Notes under the pieces: model-generated | Told to the model about the DNA's origin: nothing | Database searches by the model: none | What the model saw: the letters and a program-made list of their open reading frames with translations, nothing else | Program-made: the position numbers and the translations under genes | Part shown: one piece after another, positions 34,617 to 45,880 of the stretch | Layout: the number at the start of each line of letters is the position of its first letter | Position numbering within the stretch: position 1 is the first letter of the stretch | Assembly (NCBI GenBank): GCA_032718475.1 | Contig: JAUCBJ010006624.1 | Location: 1-63,502 of the forward strand | From: Nemertoderma westbladi | Lineage: Eukaryota > Animalia > Xenacoelomorpha | Length of the DNA: 63,502 bases | Direction: 5' to 3'

Positions 34617-37600
34617 ATGTCTGATACTAAGCAGAACCTGTCAGACAGTCTATTAGATGTAACTATCTGCGACTCAGATAGAGGTGTAGAACCCTCTAGT
34701 CGTAAGTTCAGTTCACCTCCCACTGTGAGGAAGGTCATCCCTCCAGTAGTAATAACAGAACCTAGGCTAGTCCAACATCGTAGGTCTATCATAGGCACCC
34801 GAGCTCAGGTCAAGCGGGACCAAGAAGCAGCGGAACAGCAACAACCCGCGAGTCAGGAGCTTGTTACTCAGCGGCCCAGCAGCTCCAGTAGTGAGGATAC
34901 TGTAGAGCTGACACCCGAGCGCGGAGCAGAGATGACGGATGCGGTTTATACGGATCCCCTTCTCATCCTTCCTGCAGCCGTACTCACTAGGTTATTGATC
35001 GCGGTGGAAGAACACCAGATCGATTGGGCGAGAAGTCAACGACCAACTAGAGATAGTTATGCTGGATACACAAGGGAAGAAATGAAGTCCATGGTCGAGT
35101 CGCAATGGAACTTCCCCGGACCCGGACTCCCGTTTGATTTATCAGAAGCTGCCTGGGAAGACATACACCGGATGGGAGTAGCCAAGGAAACCATCGATCC
35201 AGCTGTGTGGAAGAGGTCCGCAGCCGGATACGCACAGGGATTCTTCAGCTCTATAGAGCGATTAAAAGAACAACTGTTTCAACAACCTCAAGGACCTCAA
35301 GAGCAGGGATTGCTGCTTTATCAAGTTAGAGAAAGAATTCTACGAATCAGGCTAATCTTATCAGCCTTTGAGGAGGCTTCTAAACGAAGACAAGACACGT
35401 CGTTGCAAGTTGCCGTAAAGACTTGGTTTCAACGGGTGAGTCTCCAGGTTCAAGGAACAGCTCAGTGGAAAGCTCAGCTGGAGGAGCGATCAACCCATGG
35501 AGAATCAACAGACGCTACTTTTTCCCAAGTGGAAAGTGAAGCGACGTCAGAGAAGCCGCATAAGAGAGATGCCATTGACATCTATCTGTCGGACTATCAA
35601 CGTTTTTTAGGTGATGACGAATTGAGAAGAAGGTTAGATGGACTTAGCCCTAATAGCGAAGGAACCAAGCTTGTGTTGGATGCCATCGATGTGGAAATGA
35701 GGGCTGCGAATCAGGCTAAATTTGATGAACAACTCCGCCTGACACGAGTCCAAGAAGAACAAGTAAAGAAAAAACGTATAGAAGACCGAAAGGCAGCGGC
35801 AGTAGCAGCAGCAGTGGCAGCTGCAGAAGCAGAAAGAAAAGCGGCAGCGGCAGAGGCAGCGGCAGAGGCAAAAGCGGCAGTAGCAGCAGCAGTGGCAGCT
35901 GCAGAAGCAGAAAGAAAAGCGGCAGCGGCAGAGGCAGCGGCAGAGGCAAAAGCGACAGTAGCAGCGGCAGTGGCAGCTGCAGAAGCAGAAAGAAAAGTGG
36001 CAGCAGCAGAGGTAGCGGCAGAGGCAAAAGCGGCGGAGGCAGTGGCAGAAGCCGAACGGAGAGCGACTGAAGAAACCACTCAATTAGAATTGGAAAACAT
36101 TCAGGAGAATCAAGACTGCATAAATAAACAGTTAACAGCTAGTAATATGCAGATGATGAATCGATCTACTCCCAAAAGACAGGGATATACATCATCTGAG
36201 GAAGGCGATACCACCGATACTGAAGGCAAAGGAAATAGATCTCGTCTAAGCAGACGTAAAAGAACATTCCACCGTCAGAAATTGCCTGATTTGCCTCCAG
36301 CTGTTAGAAGGCAACTAAATAGCACCAACTTAGGCAGTACAGAACCCACAGACCAAATAATTAAAATAGAAAGACTCCCTACTATAGTAGATGAGCCTGA
36401 AATAATTAGGCCTGTTCTCGAAATCACCCCTTCGGTGATAGACACCCCTGTACTCCCTGAAGTTACCTCTAAATTCCCTCTGCATAGCACTAAGCTACCT
36501 GTGCCCCGTAGAACTGCCCCAGAGACAGTTCAGGTCCTGGGTCCCGAGCGAAATATTCATAATTTGTCGCCCGTTGTCCATCGTCCGCCCGCTACAACGT
36601 TGGCGACTCCCGCTTCGGCGGTCGAATGGGTGGACGAGGGACGGCGGGGGATGGATATCCTGCTCGGACAGATGCAGGAGACTGTCCAGCAGTTCAAGGG
36701 CACAGTAAGGGAAAGTAGGCTAGAGTTGCAAGAAGTGCAGCAAAGTATCGCGCTAGAGCGCGATAAATTAGTAAATACTCAAAGAGGTATACCACCACCC
36801 TCTGTAACAATGTGTCAACCTGTTAGGTCTGAAGTATCGCATGCGCAAGGTGTGGAGCCTACACGCATCTATACTGCTAGCGAAGTAGAAACTCCTATAG
36901 TGAACCCTATTAAGGGTAATTATAGACCTGTTGATAATGACATTCCCTATAGAACTGATCATAATCCGAGAAATTTATATACCGATAATTCGATATTAAA
37001 TAACACGATGGCCCAAGAAAGTTTTACGCGTCAAATGGCTAGAACCGAAGCCCGGCAAGCGGTAAAGGTGGGAGAGATCGTCAAGTTCAATGGAGATGAG
37101 ATGAAATGGTTACCTTTTAATGAATATTACAAAGATAACATACAGAACTCTGTACTATCTAATGGAGAAAAACTTAGATACCTCATCGAGTGCTTGGAAG
37201 GATCTCCCAAGTTAATGGCGTTAAAGTTTATTGGACATCCAGACGGATTAAGACAAGTTTGGGATACGCTAAACATCAGGTATGGTAATAGGAATAATAT
37301 CGCTGGGTACTTGTATGCAAAATTAGTAGCGCCCCGAAAGTTTATTAGTAGCGGAATTATCGAGTTTTCCGATGAGATCCAGGAGATCTGCAGACAATTA
37401 GATTGGCTAGGTAAGTCTCATGAGTATCAGAACACTATGGTTATTAGAGCAGTGGCTTCTACTTTACCGAAAGGTGGAGTAGGTACACGCTGGGATAAGA
37501 AAGTGTTATATATGATGGAACAACAACGACGAGACCCTACCATGGCTGATCTCATGTCATTCCTAGATGGAGAAGTGAAATTACAGCTCCTGAAACTGTC

Positions 37601-40600
37601 CAGAGAGAAGACACCGGAAAACAAGGTAAGTGAAAAACCCGTCTCTAGGAGAAAGGTAACACCAGTGTGTTATACCGATGACGGCGAAAGCCAGACTTCT
37701 CAAGGAGAAGATAGCGGGAAAGACACTGACAGATCTTATTATGTCAATAAAATGCCTAAAGATCAGGTGAGTAAATTCAAGTCTCGATCAAATGACCGGA
37801 GAGAACAGGTAAGAAAAACTCCTCCCACGTCTCCCAAGAGAATTCAGGTGAGAAAGCCCGAAGAAAGGGCAAGTGTACACAATGTGACTCAGAATAAGGT
37901 AAGTAACATCAAACCGAAATGTGCGCTGTGCGACGGGACCCACCATTTGAATAGGTGTGATGAATTTCTAAAGAAATCATTAACGGAGAGACGCGAAGTC
38001 ATGTGGGATAAGCGGTTATGTTATAATTGCCTCAGACAAGGACACCAACGGCGAACCTGTTTCTCTGACATAAGGTGTGCAAAGTGTGGTGCGAAACATC
38101 ATATCTTGTTGCACGCTGAATTCGATCGAAATAGTCCGAATCAGGTAAGTGATTCCGAGCTACATGTCCAATTCAGTGATGTGAACGACACTGATCAATC
38201 TGAGATGGAAGGATTCTATACAGACGAGTTCTCCGACGAAAACGAATCCTGTAACATGATAAATACCGCAGTGTATCGAGCGCTCACCTATGAAAAGGAT
38301 ACAGACAACGACTTCACTCTAACTACTTCTGAGCGACAACCATCTTGGAAAGAGCCATCTTCCAATGTAGGGATCCGAGAGTTTCCTGTGGTGCAAGTGA
38401 GGGTTCACGGACCTAAGAGGAGTTATGTAGTGAACGCCCTCCTTGACTCCGGTAGTACAGGAACATTCATCGACAAAGAGCTAGCCGAAGATATATTTGC
38501 TGGACAACTCAAGTTCCAAACTAAGCTCAACATGTCTGGCATAATGCAAGTTTGGAAATCTACAATAACAGCTGATTATTATGTAGGCGCGTTGTCCACC
38601 CCACAAGACGAACTAGGAGAACACAGCATAAGGTCAGTGAAAATGGTGGCTATAAAGAACTTCGCTACTACTCAAGCAGACCTTTATAATTGGGATGAGG
38701 ATGAGAGCATCCAACATCTTAACATACCTCGATTCCAGACTGATTATCCTGGAGTGCAAATACTCATCGGCCAAAACGCGCATGAGGCGCTGGAGACATT
38801 AGAGAAACGGCCTGCTCAACCGCAGCCCCTACAGACCTATGCGGTAAGAACTAGAGTAGGTTGGTACTTTACTGGCCCTTCCCGTAGAACACTCAGAGAA
38901 AGACTACCGCCAGAGAGCGTATGCCAGGTGAGTGAATGGGAAGATGATACCAGTGAGGGAGACAACTCAACTGAGGGAATTCCATACTCCTCAGATAATG
39001 ACGACGTTCACCAGCTTTTTGATGAAGAGAATACCATCGATCTCCTTAAGGAAAACGAAGCTTGGCAAAACCAAGTGAACTTATGTCAACTTCTCTATCC
39101 ATCTGAACGAGAAGCTTATAACGACGAGTTAAATGACGTCATTGAGCGTCATAATGCCAAGACTCGAGATGAACATGCTGTACGATTCTTTACGCAAGAG
39201 GCGGTAGAGCCCAATTCCTACGATAAAGCCTTGTCGGTGGAAGAGGAAAGGGCCAAGCAGATCCAAGAGACGACTACACGTTTCCTCAAAGATCAAGGAA
39301 GGTACGAAGTCGGTTTACCTTTTCGCAAGAGAGAACCGAAGTTCATCAATAACAGACCTTTGGCGGAAAAAAGAATCGCGCAACTCCATCGACGCCTTGC
39401 GGCTAATTCTTCAGCGAAAGCAATGTATCAAACACAGCTGGAAAAATTTATTAATAAGGGATACGCGGAGAGAGTACCGGAAGAAACACCTGTGACTGAA
39501 AGAACGTATTATTTAACTCACCATTACGTTCCTAAACCCGGTAAACCCAATGAAGTGAGAGTAGTGTTTGATGGCTCCGCTCTTTACATGGGTCAATCCC
39601 TTAACTCTGAATTGTTACCCGGACCCAACTTACTTCAATCTTTGTTGGGAATTCTTTTAAGATTGAGACAATATTCGATTGCTTTCGCCTCCGATATAGA
39701 AGGCATGTTCTTGCAAGTCAAGGTGTTGGATAGGGATCGGGATAGCTTACGATTTCTATGGTGGCCCGAAGGAGACCTCAACCAGAAACCGGTGGAGTAC
39801 TGGATGACCATCCAGGCCTTTGGGATAATCTCAAGCCCTTCCAACGCCTGTTCGGTAGTGCGTACCACTGCAGAGGACAACAGAGAGGCCTTCTCTAAGG
39901 AAGTGATCGACAACATCAAGAGAGACATATACATGGACGACAATCTGAAGTCCCTCCCATCAGTTGAGGAAGCCATTGAGGTCGCTAAGGGAACGGTAGA
40001 GTGCTTAAAAAGAGGTGGATTTCGATTAACCAAATTCACCAGCAACTCCCGTGAGTTTCTGGAGTCGATCCCTGCGGAAGATCGAGGGGCGAAAGATCTC
40101 GATTTGATCAAAGATGATCTGCCAGAGACCAAGACACTTGGCTTGAAATGGGACACAGAGCGAGATATTCTGTTTTTCCAACTAAAACAGCGAGATAATC
40201 CAGTTCGAACCAAACGGATTTGCTTAAGTATACTGAGCACTTATTTCGATCCATTGGGATTTATTAGCCCAGTTATATTGATTGCTCGTAGTTTGGTACA
40301 ACAAATGTGGCTTGAAAACCACTCATGGGACGATCCACTTAAGGGAGAATTATTGAAGCAGTGGATGAAATGGGAAGATTCTCTGCCAGCGATCGAAGAT
40401 TTTATAATTTCCCGTTCATATTTTGGTCATGTTCTCCCTACGTATTCCTATCAACTCCATGTGTTTGGAGACGCCAGCGATATGGGAATCGGTATAGTAG
40501 CCTACCTAAGAGTGGAAACTCCGGATGGAATCAAAGTCGCCTTGGTTACTTCTAAGGCATTAATCAACAACAAGTTGAAAGTTCCTCGAGCGGAGTTAAA

Positions 40601-42815
40601 AGCGGCTCTATACGCTACAGCCATCGGCCGGAATGTAACCGAACAGATTGACTATCCATTAGAGAAAACTGTCTATTGGACCGACGCTTTACTCGTGTTA
40701 GAGTATATAACCAATGAAGTCTGTCAGTTCAGCGTCTTCGTTACCAACAGGGTAGCCATCATACTTAGTCGCACGACGATGGACCAATGGAGACATTGCC
40801 CCGGAACGATTAATCCAGCAGACATCGCGTCCCGAGGAGCGACTCCCAAGGAATTGGTAAATACTCCCGAATGGTTAGGAGGACCCGACTTTCTCTACAG
40901 GGAAGAAGAAGAATGGCCTCCTCATCTCACAACAGCAGAGATCAGACAGGCCAAGGGAGCGGAGAAAGTTAAACCCAAAACTCGAGCGAGTAAATCGAAG
41001 TTGTTTAAACCTGCGGTTGATCTATCTGTATTATTTACTTCCGGAGAGGATGCTTTGGATCAGAAACCCACCGCCACGACTAAAGAAGTCTTGGAAATCC
41101 GTGACAAGGATTGGAAATCTGGAATACCAGATATCGCACAAGGACTCTCACCTCTCTTGCAGAGAGCGATACGTCACTACAGTTCCTGGAATCGGCTCTG
41201 TAAAGCTGTTACCTATTTGAAACGATGTTTTCATCATCGTTACTCCGGGACAAAGACCAATAGTGATGATGCTCCATCAACATCTGCACGAGTCCATGTT
41301 GTTAAAGATCTTCCTAAATACAAGATATCCGACAGGTTTCTAAAGGAAAAGATCAGTTACCAGGAGCATGATGAAACCAACAAACAGATGCTGAGACTTC
41401 TACAATGCTATGAGGATTCCGATAAGTATTTCCTGTTGTTAAGAAATCCACAGATGCGCTTAAGGGATCGCTTCTCTAGTACCATGATAGATGGGTTAAT
41501 ACGTGTTGGAGGTAGGCTAACCAACGCCCCATTATCCTTTGACACTAAGTTTCCCATCCTCATTAGAAATCTTGACATACAAATCAAGATAATTGTAGAT
41601 GTTCATAGCAAACTGTACCATGCTGGTAGAGAACGAGTTCTGAGCGAAATTCGAACTCGCTACTATTTTTATAAACCCCGTAGGGCTCTGAACCAAGTTC
41701 TTAGGAACTGCATACCCTGTAGGAAAGCATTCAGTAGGCCTTTAACACAGCGAGAGGCAGAATTACCTAGGGAAAGAGTAAGCTTCTATGAACCACCCTT
41801 TACTAATACCGGTGTGGATTTATTTGGCCCTATTGAAGTATATCGTGCCCGGACTATAGTCAAGAGATGGTGTGTCATCTTCGTTTGTATGACTTGTAGA
41901 GCTATCCATCTCGATATGGTAAACGATCTATCCACCAACAGCTTCGTGTTGAGTTTACGACGACAGATCGCTCGCTTCGGAACCAGTAACACGATGAGAT
42001 CGGATAAGGGAACGAACTTCATTGGCGCCAACAACGAAATTCAAGCTTACGTAAAGGACTGGAACAAAAGACAGGTGGACGATCAGCTAAGGATAACAGC
42101 GTCTAGCTGGACCTTCAACGCCGCCGACGCCCCTTGGTGGGGAGGAAGTTGGGAGAGATTGATTAGGAGCGTGAAGACTGCGTTCCACTTTATTGTGCCT
42201 TGTCGCGCTTATCTCACCGACGAACTATTGCGGACGTTAATGGAGGAAATCGCCGCCTATCTCAACGAAAGACCGCTTATGCCAGTCTCTTCAAATCCTG
42301 ATTCCCTGGAAGCGCTAACACCCGCGCACTTTCTACTGAAGAAACCCGTAGCCATGCTCCCGCGATCGGAGATCACAGACGGAGACGAGTACTGCCGTCG
42401 AACCTGGCAACTTATGCAGTTGCTATCCCGTCGTTTCGCTGACCATTTCGAGAAACATTACCTGCCCACTCTACAACTTCGAACTAAGTGGTTTGCGCAG
42501 CAAGAAAACGTCAGCGCTGGAGACATGGTGCTTATTGTGGACCCCGATCTCCCACGTAAGCGATGGCAAACAGGACGTATCATCGAGACTTATATCTCGA
42601 GCGATGGTTTGGTGCGATCAGTAGAGCTCGTCGTCATGCGGCGGAACTTTAAGAAACCAGGGATAGTCTTTGAGACTCAACAGCTCAATCGCCCAGTGGG
42701 ACGTTTATGTTTACTGGAAAGAGACAGAGAGCTCTCCGGAAACTATGGAAGGCAAGAAACTCTTCCCACGACCACTTCCCTAATCCAACCGACATCTAGG
42801 GACTCCCCAACTTAA
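34617..42815 (+). CDS. BEL/Pao gag-pol polyprotein, 2732 aa (Gag, protease, RT, RNase H, integrase)
   Basis: BEL-type capsid region (KFNGDEMKWLPF...EKLRYLIECLEG), triple knuckle (CALCDGTHHLNRC, CYNCLRQGHQRRTC, CAKCGAKHHILLH), protease LLDSGS, RT YMDD, RNase H VFGDAS...RAEL...WTDA, and integrase HHCC with GVDLFGP, SDKGTNF and WERLIRSVK. Confidence 0.97.
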   Translation: MSDTKQNLSDSLLDVTICDSDRGVEPSSRKFSSPPTVRKVIPPVVITEPRLVQHRRSIIGTRAQVKRDQEAAEQQQPASQELVTQRPSSSSSEDTVELTPERGAEMTDAVYTDPLLILPAAVLTRLLIAVEEHQIDWARSQRPTRDSYAGYTREEMKSMVESQWNFPGPGLPFDLSEAAWEDIHRMGVAKETIDPAVWKRSAAGYAQGFFSSIERLKEQLFQQPQGPQEQGLLLYQVRERILRIRLILSAFEEASKRRQDTSLQVAVKTWFQRVSLQVQGTAQWKAQLEERSTHGESTDATFSQVESEATSEKPHKRDAIDIYLSDYQRFLGDDELRRRLDGLSPNSEGTKLVLDAIDVEMRAANQAKFDEQLRLTRVQEEQVKKKRIEDRKAAAVAAAVAAAEAERKAAAAEAAAEAKAAVAAAVAAAEAERKAAAAEAAAEAKATVAAAVAAAEAERKVAAAEVAAEAKAAEAVAEAERRATEETTQLELENIQENQDCINKQLTASNMQMMNRSTPKRQGYTSSEEGDTTDTEGKGNRSRLSRRKRTFHRQKLPDLPPAVRRQLNSTNLGSTEPTDQIIKIERLPTIVDEPEIIRPVLEITPSVIDTPVLPEVTSKFPLHSTKLPVPRRTAPETVQVLGPERNIHNLSPVVHRPPATTLATPASAVEWVDEGRRGMDILLGQMQETVQQFKGTVRESRLELQEVQQSIALERDKLVNTQRGIPPPSVTMCQPVRSEVSHAQGVEPTRIYTASEVETPIVNPIKGNYRPVDNDIPYRTDHNPRNLYTDNSILNNTMAQESFTRQMARTEARQAVKVGEIVKFNGDEMKWLPFNEYYKDNIQNSVLSNGEKLRYLIECLEGSPKLMALKFIGHPDGLRQVWDTLNIRYGNRNNIAGYLYAKLVAPRKFISSGIIEFSDEIQEICRQLDWLGKSHEYQNTMVIRAVASTLPKGGVGTRWDKKVLYMMEQQRRDPTMADLMSFLDGEVKLQLLKLSREKTPENKVSEKPVSRRKVTPVCYTDDGESQTSQGEDSGKDTDRSYYVNKMPKDQVSKFKSRSNDRREQVRKTPPTSPKRIQVRKPEERASVHNVTQNKVSNIKPKCALCDGTHHLNRCDEFLKKSLTERREVMWDKRLCYNCLRQGHQRRTCFSDIRCAKCGAKHHILLHAEFDRNSPNQVSDSELHVQFSDVNDTDQSEMEGFYTDEFSDENESCNMINTAVYRALTYEKDTDNDFTLTTSERQPSWKEPSSNVGIREFPVVQVRVHGPKRSYVVNALLDSGSTGTFIDKELAEDIFAGQLKFQTKLNMSGIMQVWKSTITADYYVGALSTPQDELGEHSIRSVKMVAIKNFATTQADLYNWDEDESIQHLNIPRFQTDYPGVQILIGQNAHEALETLEKRPAQPQPLQTYAVRTRVGWYFTGPSRRTLRERLPPESVCQVSEWEDDTSEGDNSTEGIPYSSDNDDVHQLFDEENTIDLLKENEAWQNQVNLCQLLYPSEREAYNDELNDVIERHNAKTRDEHAVRFFTQEAVEPNSYDKALSVEEERAKQIQETTTRFLKDQGRYEVGLPFRKREPKFINNRPLAEKRIAQLHRRLAANSSAKAMYQTQLEKFINKGYAERVPEETPVTERTYYLTHHYVPKPGKPNEVRVVFDGSALYMGQSLNSELLPGPNLLQSLLGILLRLRQYSIAFASDIEGMFLQVKVLDRDRDSLRFLWWPEGDLNQKPVEYWMTIQAFGIISSPSNACSVVRTTAEDNREAFSKEVIDNIKRDIYMDDNLKSLPSVEEAIEVAKGTVECLKRGGFRLTKFTSNSREFLESIPAEDRGAKDLDLIKDDLPETKTLGLKWDTERDILFFQLKQRDNPVRTKRICLSILSTYFDPLGFISPVILIARSLVQQMWLENHSWDDPLKGELLKQWMKWEDSLPAIEDFIISRSYFGHVLPTYSYQLHVFGDASDMGIGIVAYLRVETPDGIKVALVTSKALINNKLKVPRAELKAALYATAIGRNVTEQIDYPLEKTVYWTDALLVLEYITNEVCQFSVFVTNRVAIILSRTTMDQWRHCPGTINPADIASRGATPKELVNTPEWLGGPDFLYREEEEWPPHLTTAEIRQAKGAEKVKPKTRASKSKLFKPAVDLSVLFTSGEDALDQKPTATTKEVLEIRDKDWKSGIPDIAQGLSPLLQRAIRHYSSWNRLCKAVTYLKRCFHHRYSGTKTNSDDAPSTSARVHVVKDLPKYKISDRFLKEKISYQEHDETNKQMLRLLQCYEDSDKYFLLLRNPQMRLRDRFSSTMIDGLIRVGGRLTNAPLSFDTKFPILIRNLDIQIKIIVDVHSKLYHAGRERVLSEIRTRYYFYKPRRALNQVLRNCIPCRKAFSRPLTQREAELPRERVSFYEPPFTNTGVDLFGPIEVYRARTIVKRWCVIFVCMTCRAIHLDMVNDLSTNSFVLSLRRQIARFGTSNTMRSDKGTNFIGANNEIQAYVKDWNKRQVDDQLRITASSWTFNAADAPWWGGSWERLIRSVKTAFHFIVPCRAYLTDELLRTLMEEIAAYLNERPLMPVSSNPDSLEALTPAHFLLKKPVAMLPRSEITDGDEYCRRTWQLMQLLSRRFADHFEKHYLPTLQLRTKWFAQQENVSAGDMVLIVDPDLPRKRWQTGRIIETYISSDGLVRSVELVVMRRNFKKPGIVFETQQLNRPVGRLCLLERDRELSGNYGRQETLPTTTSLIQPTSRDSPT

Positions 42816-45800
42816 TATCGTTCGGAGTGGGCGTGTGACTCTATTATTTTATATTAGTTTATTATTTTTATATTTATGTATGTATTACTATGTAATTTTA
42901 TTATAATCGTTTTATTTAATTTAGTAGAATATTATTTAGCGATTATTTTGTAGAATAGTGCAATATATTCGTGTTTATTACGTACGTAATTACTTATATT
43001 ATATTTAGTGAGACGGCGAAGAAATAATTATTTTTCTCTTTCCTTACTGTCCGTATTATATTATAAATACGTAACTACAGTAAGATGAAATGTCCGTACT
43101 TATTAAAGTACAATAAAGCCACTACTATATTTAAGTATTATTGGTAGGCAGAGTATTAGGAATGCAAAGTTCAGATCCTCGTGTCTCGGCTAAACCAAGC
43201 TCTGGGTAGACCTTGGAAACGACTTGCCTCTTCACACTGACATTGCTTTGTGCGATATTGCTCTCATACCGTATCTTAAATAATACATATAGTAGCGTGA
43301 TGTCCCTTTAACAGTAGCGTATAACGCAAAATAAATCTGTTAAACCCTTTGACCATCTGTAATTCTAGTCGATTAAGATATCGCGGCACCCACCGATATA
43401 CTTGAAAGACAAATTCTAGAATCAGTGGTTAACGTCCCCAGACAAGTTCTGGAATAAATCGGTGCCCATCTCAAATATTAATTATTTAATATTTGCAAAT
43501 CTAATAAATCAAAATCTGTAAAATTCAGATCCTTCAACAATTCTAGTCAATTAAGATATCGTAGCATTTACCGATATTCTTAAAAAAAGACAATTGTCAT
43601 AGAATTAAGGATCTTGTGTCCCTAGACATGTTCTAGAATCAAAATATGTCCATTTAATTATCAAATAATAAAATTTCAGGGAATAAATTTAAATTCATGC
43701 CTTTTAATGAATTTAATAAATTGCCATTTTTACGCAATTTATAAAGTTCCCAAAATTCCATTAATTAATAGATCAAGGGAGCGGAGATTTATCTTATCAT
43801 GCGTATGAGTGTGTGAAAGTCTCCCAAACATAGTCAATAGCCGATAAAATTCATAAAGTCATGTATAAAACAGAACATTGACTATTAAAGAATACTATTA
43901 AATAACATCCCAGATCTGTATGCATTGGAATCACCCTAATTCTACCGCTAGCTTTGCATAATGTCACCATAGCAACAACCACGCTAGAATTAGAATTGAG
44001 TTAAAAGAACAATAGAAAGCTTGTCCCATTGAATAGCATAGGGAATAAATAGCGCACTACTAGTATCCAAGGATACATAATAATACAGTGACATTCTGGA
44101 AGGCATTGACTAACGGACAAATGGCCCGAATGTGTGTAGTTGTGACCAGTTGTGTGGTATTTGTGAGTTTATAGGTTAGGTGAATGTTACTGCTAAAGTG
44201 TGTTTACAGTAGCTAGTCGCAATCGTAAAAGTAACCTAACTCTCCAAGGAAAACCTGAAGTACATCTAAGCCTTTGGGACGGACAGTCGAGTGACTTGTG
44301 CCGGTTGTCGTTGTCGTTGTGCGGCTACGTCGTTGGCGAAAGTACGGCGGCGACGACACATCGGCGCTGAGGATCTCGTACTGTCCAGGGGTTGATTGGG
44401 GTAGGCAGCGACGCCCGCTCGCCTAAATGTGGACTCATTATAATATGGATAAACTCATATATAGCAGATTAGACGGAGTTGATAGAAGATGGTCTTGGTA
44501 TCGGGGAGCGATATACCCTACTTTTACAAGCGTTTGTTGATAGCTTAATACGCGGCGACGTTAGTCCAACTGCTGCGGAGGACGATGGTCGTTATATCGA
44601 ACCGCCAATGTCCCAAGAGCAGCTCACGCGTGAGTTGGACTATAGAAAATTCGCTGCTCGATATACGCAGCGTAATGGTACGTATATGGTCTTCTTAACT
44701 ACTGGTCATCCTATCGATTTACATAATACGGACTATGTCGACTATATATCCTGCCCAGCGGAGTCGGAACCATAAACTGAAATTCGAATGCGAAAATTCT
44801 ATTCGAAATCGACTCGAAAGAAAAGACACTAAAGAAACAAATAAACGCGGTAACTCCAACGTATATTTGGAATTCTTGATAGAAGCATTGTAACAACAAA
44901 TAAATATCACCCGCGTTTCCCCTACCAGACGTGCGTCTTTGGTATTATTATGATAAATGCCCTAGACCCAACTAATAAACGGAAAGACATAAACATCCAC
45001 GGAAACGTTGTGTTAAACACAGTTGTGCTCGTTATATTTACTGGAGTTTCGAGCGAAACTTGTTTGACGTATCACCTATGCTCACTCGGCTCGAACGATC
45101 CTGGAGTAAACCTACGATCAGAGTCCCGGAATACTCGGTCAAACCTCCTCATTCCTTAGTTGGACCTCAGACCTGCGATCCTGGTGGTGTCGCGGATCCT
45201 CGCGGACTGTATTCACTGTTCAAAGATCTAGTGCTACCCTAACAATTAATCGGTAACACTCCGACAGTGATTTCTAGCTAGCCGCCCATCTTACCTAGCC
45301 GGATTGTGACGCGGACATTTAATATCGCCGTTTAACCCTTACCATCGTCCCGGCTTGACACGATATAACCTGTCACCAGAGTGGCGGAGAACATTGTACC
45401 AAACGAGTTAAACGCTATTCTACAAAGATCAGAAAGGAAACCTACGTTTGTTCAGATAAACGTAAGTTATAACAGCAAGTCCAAGCGATAAACGAATTGT
45501 CTTTATCTCAGTTCGATTGTGAAATCCAGAATCTCTAAGAAGATATCGCACTTAGACAACCCCATTCTCTGCGAGAGTTTTGGATGAACGTATCCAGCTA
45601 CGAGCGGAGGAAAATCAGCTCGAGGAGAAGCATATCGAAACGGCGGATACCCCGACCATAATCCTACACCTTCTGATGCAATCATATTGCACCCTTCACC
45701 CAGGATTTACAGCCCTCCTAGTAAAGTGGCTCCCCCAAAGAGAAAAGGACTCTTGTTAGCCTCAAGAAACTGCGTAAACGCCGTCCGCGCAAGAAAGACT

Positions 45801-45872
45801 AACTGTTTAGAGTATTTTTATATTTTAGAAACTGTGATTTGTATATTTTATAGACTGAAAATCCCATTTTCT

Positions 45873-45880
45873 GGGAGCGG
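45873..45880 (+). promoter_or_regulatory. Polypurine tract GGGAGCGG
   Basis: Directly precedes the LTR start in all three copies (1621-1628, 45873-45880, and 49804-49811 on the minus strand). Confidence 0.85.

Noticed and set aside
35634-36083. Cys-rich, Ala/Ser-rich and Leu/Pro-rich antisense ORFs (also 56271-56528)
   Set aside because: They are shadows of the GCA/GCG-rich alanine repeat in gag.
42816-45880. An env gene in the long 3' region
   Set aside because: No long ORF, signal peptide, cleavage site or transmembrane segment is seen in any copy.
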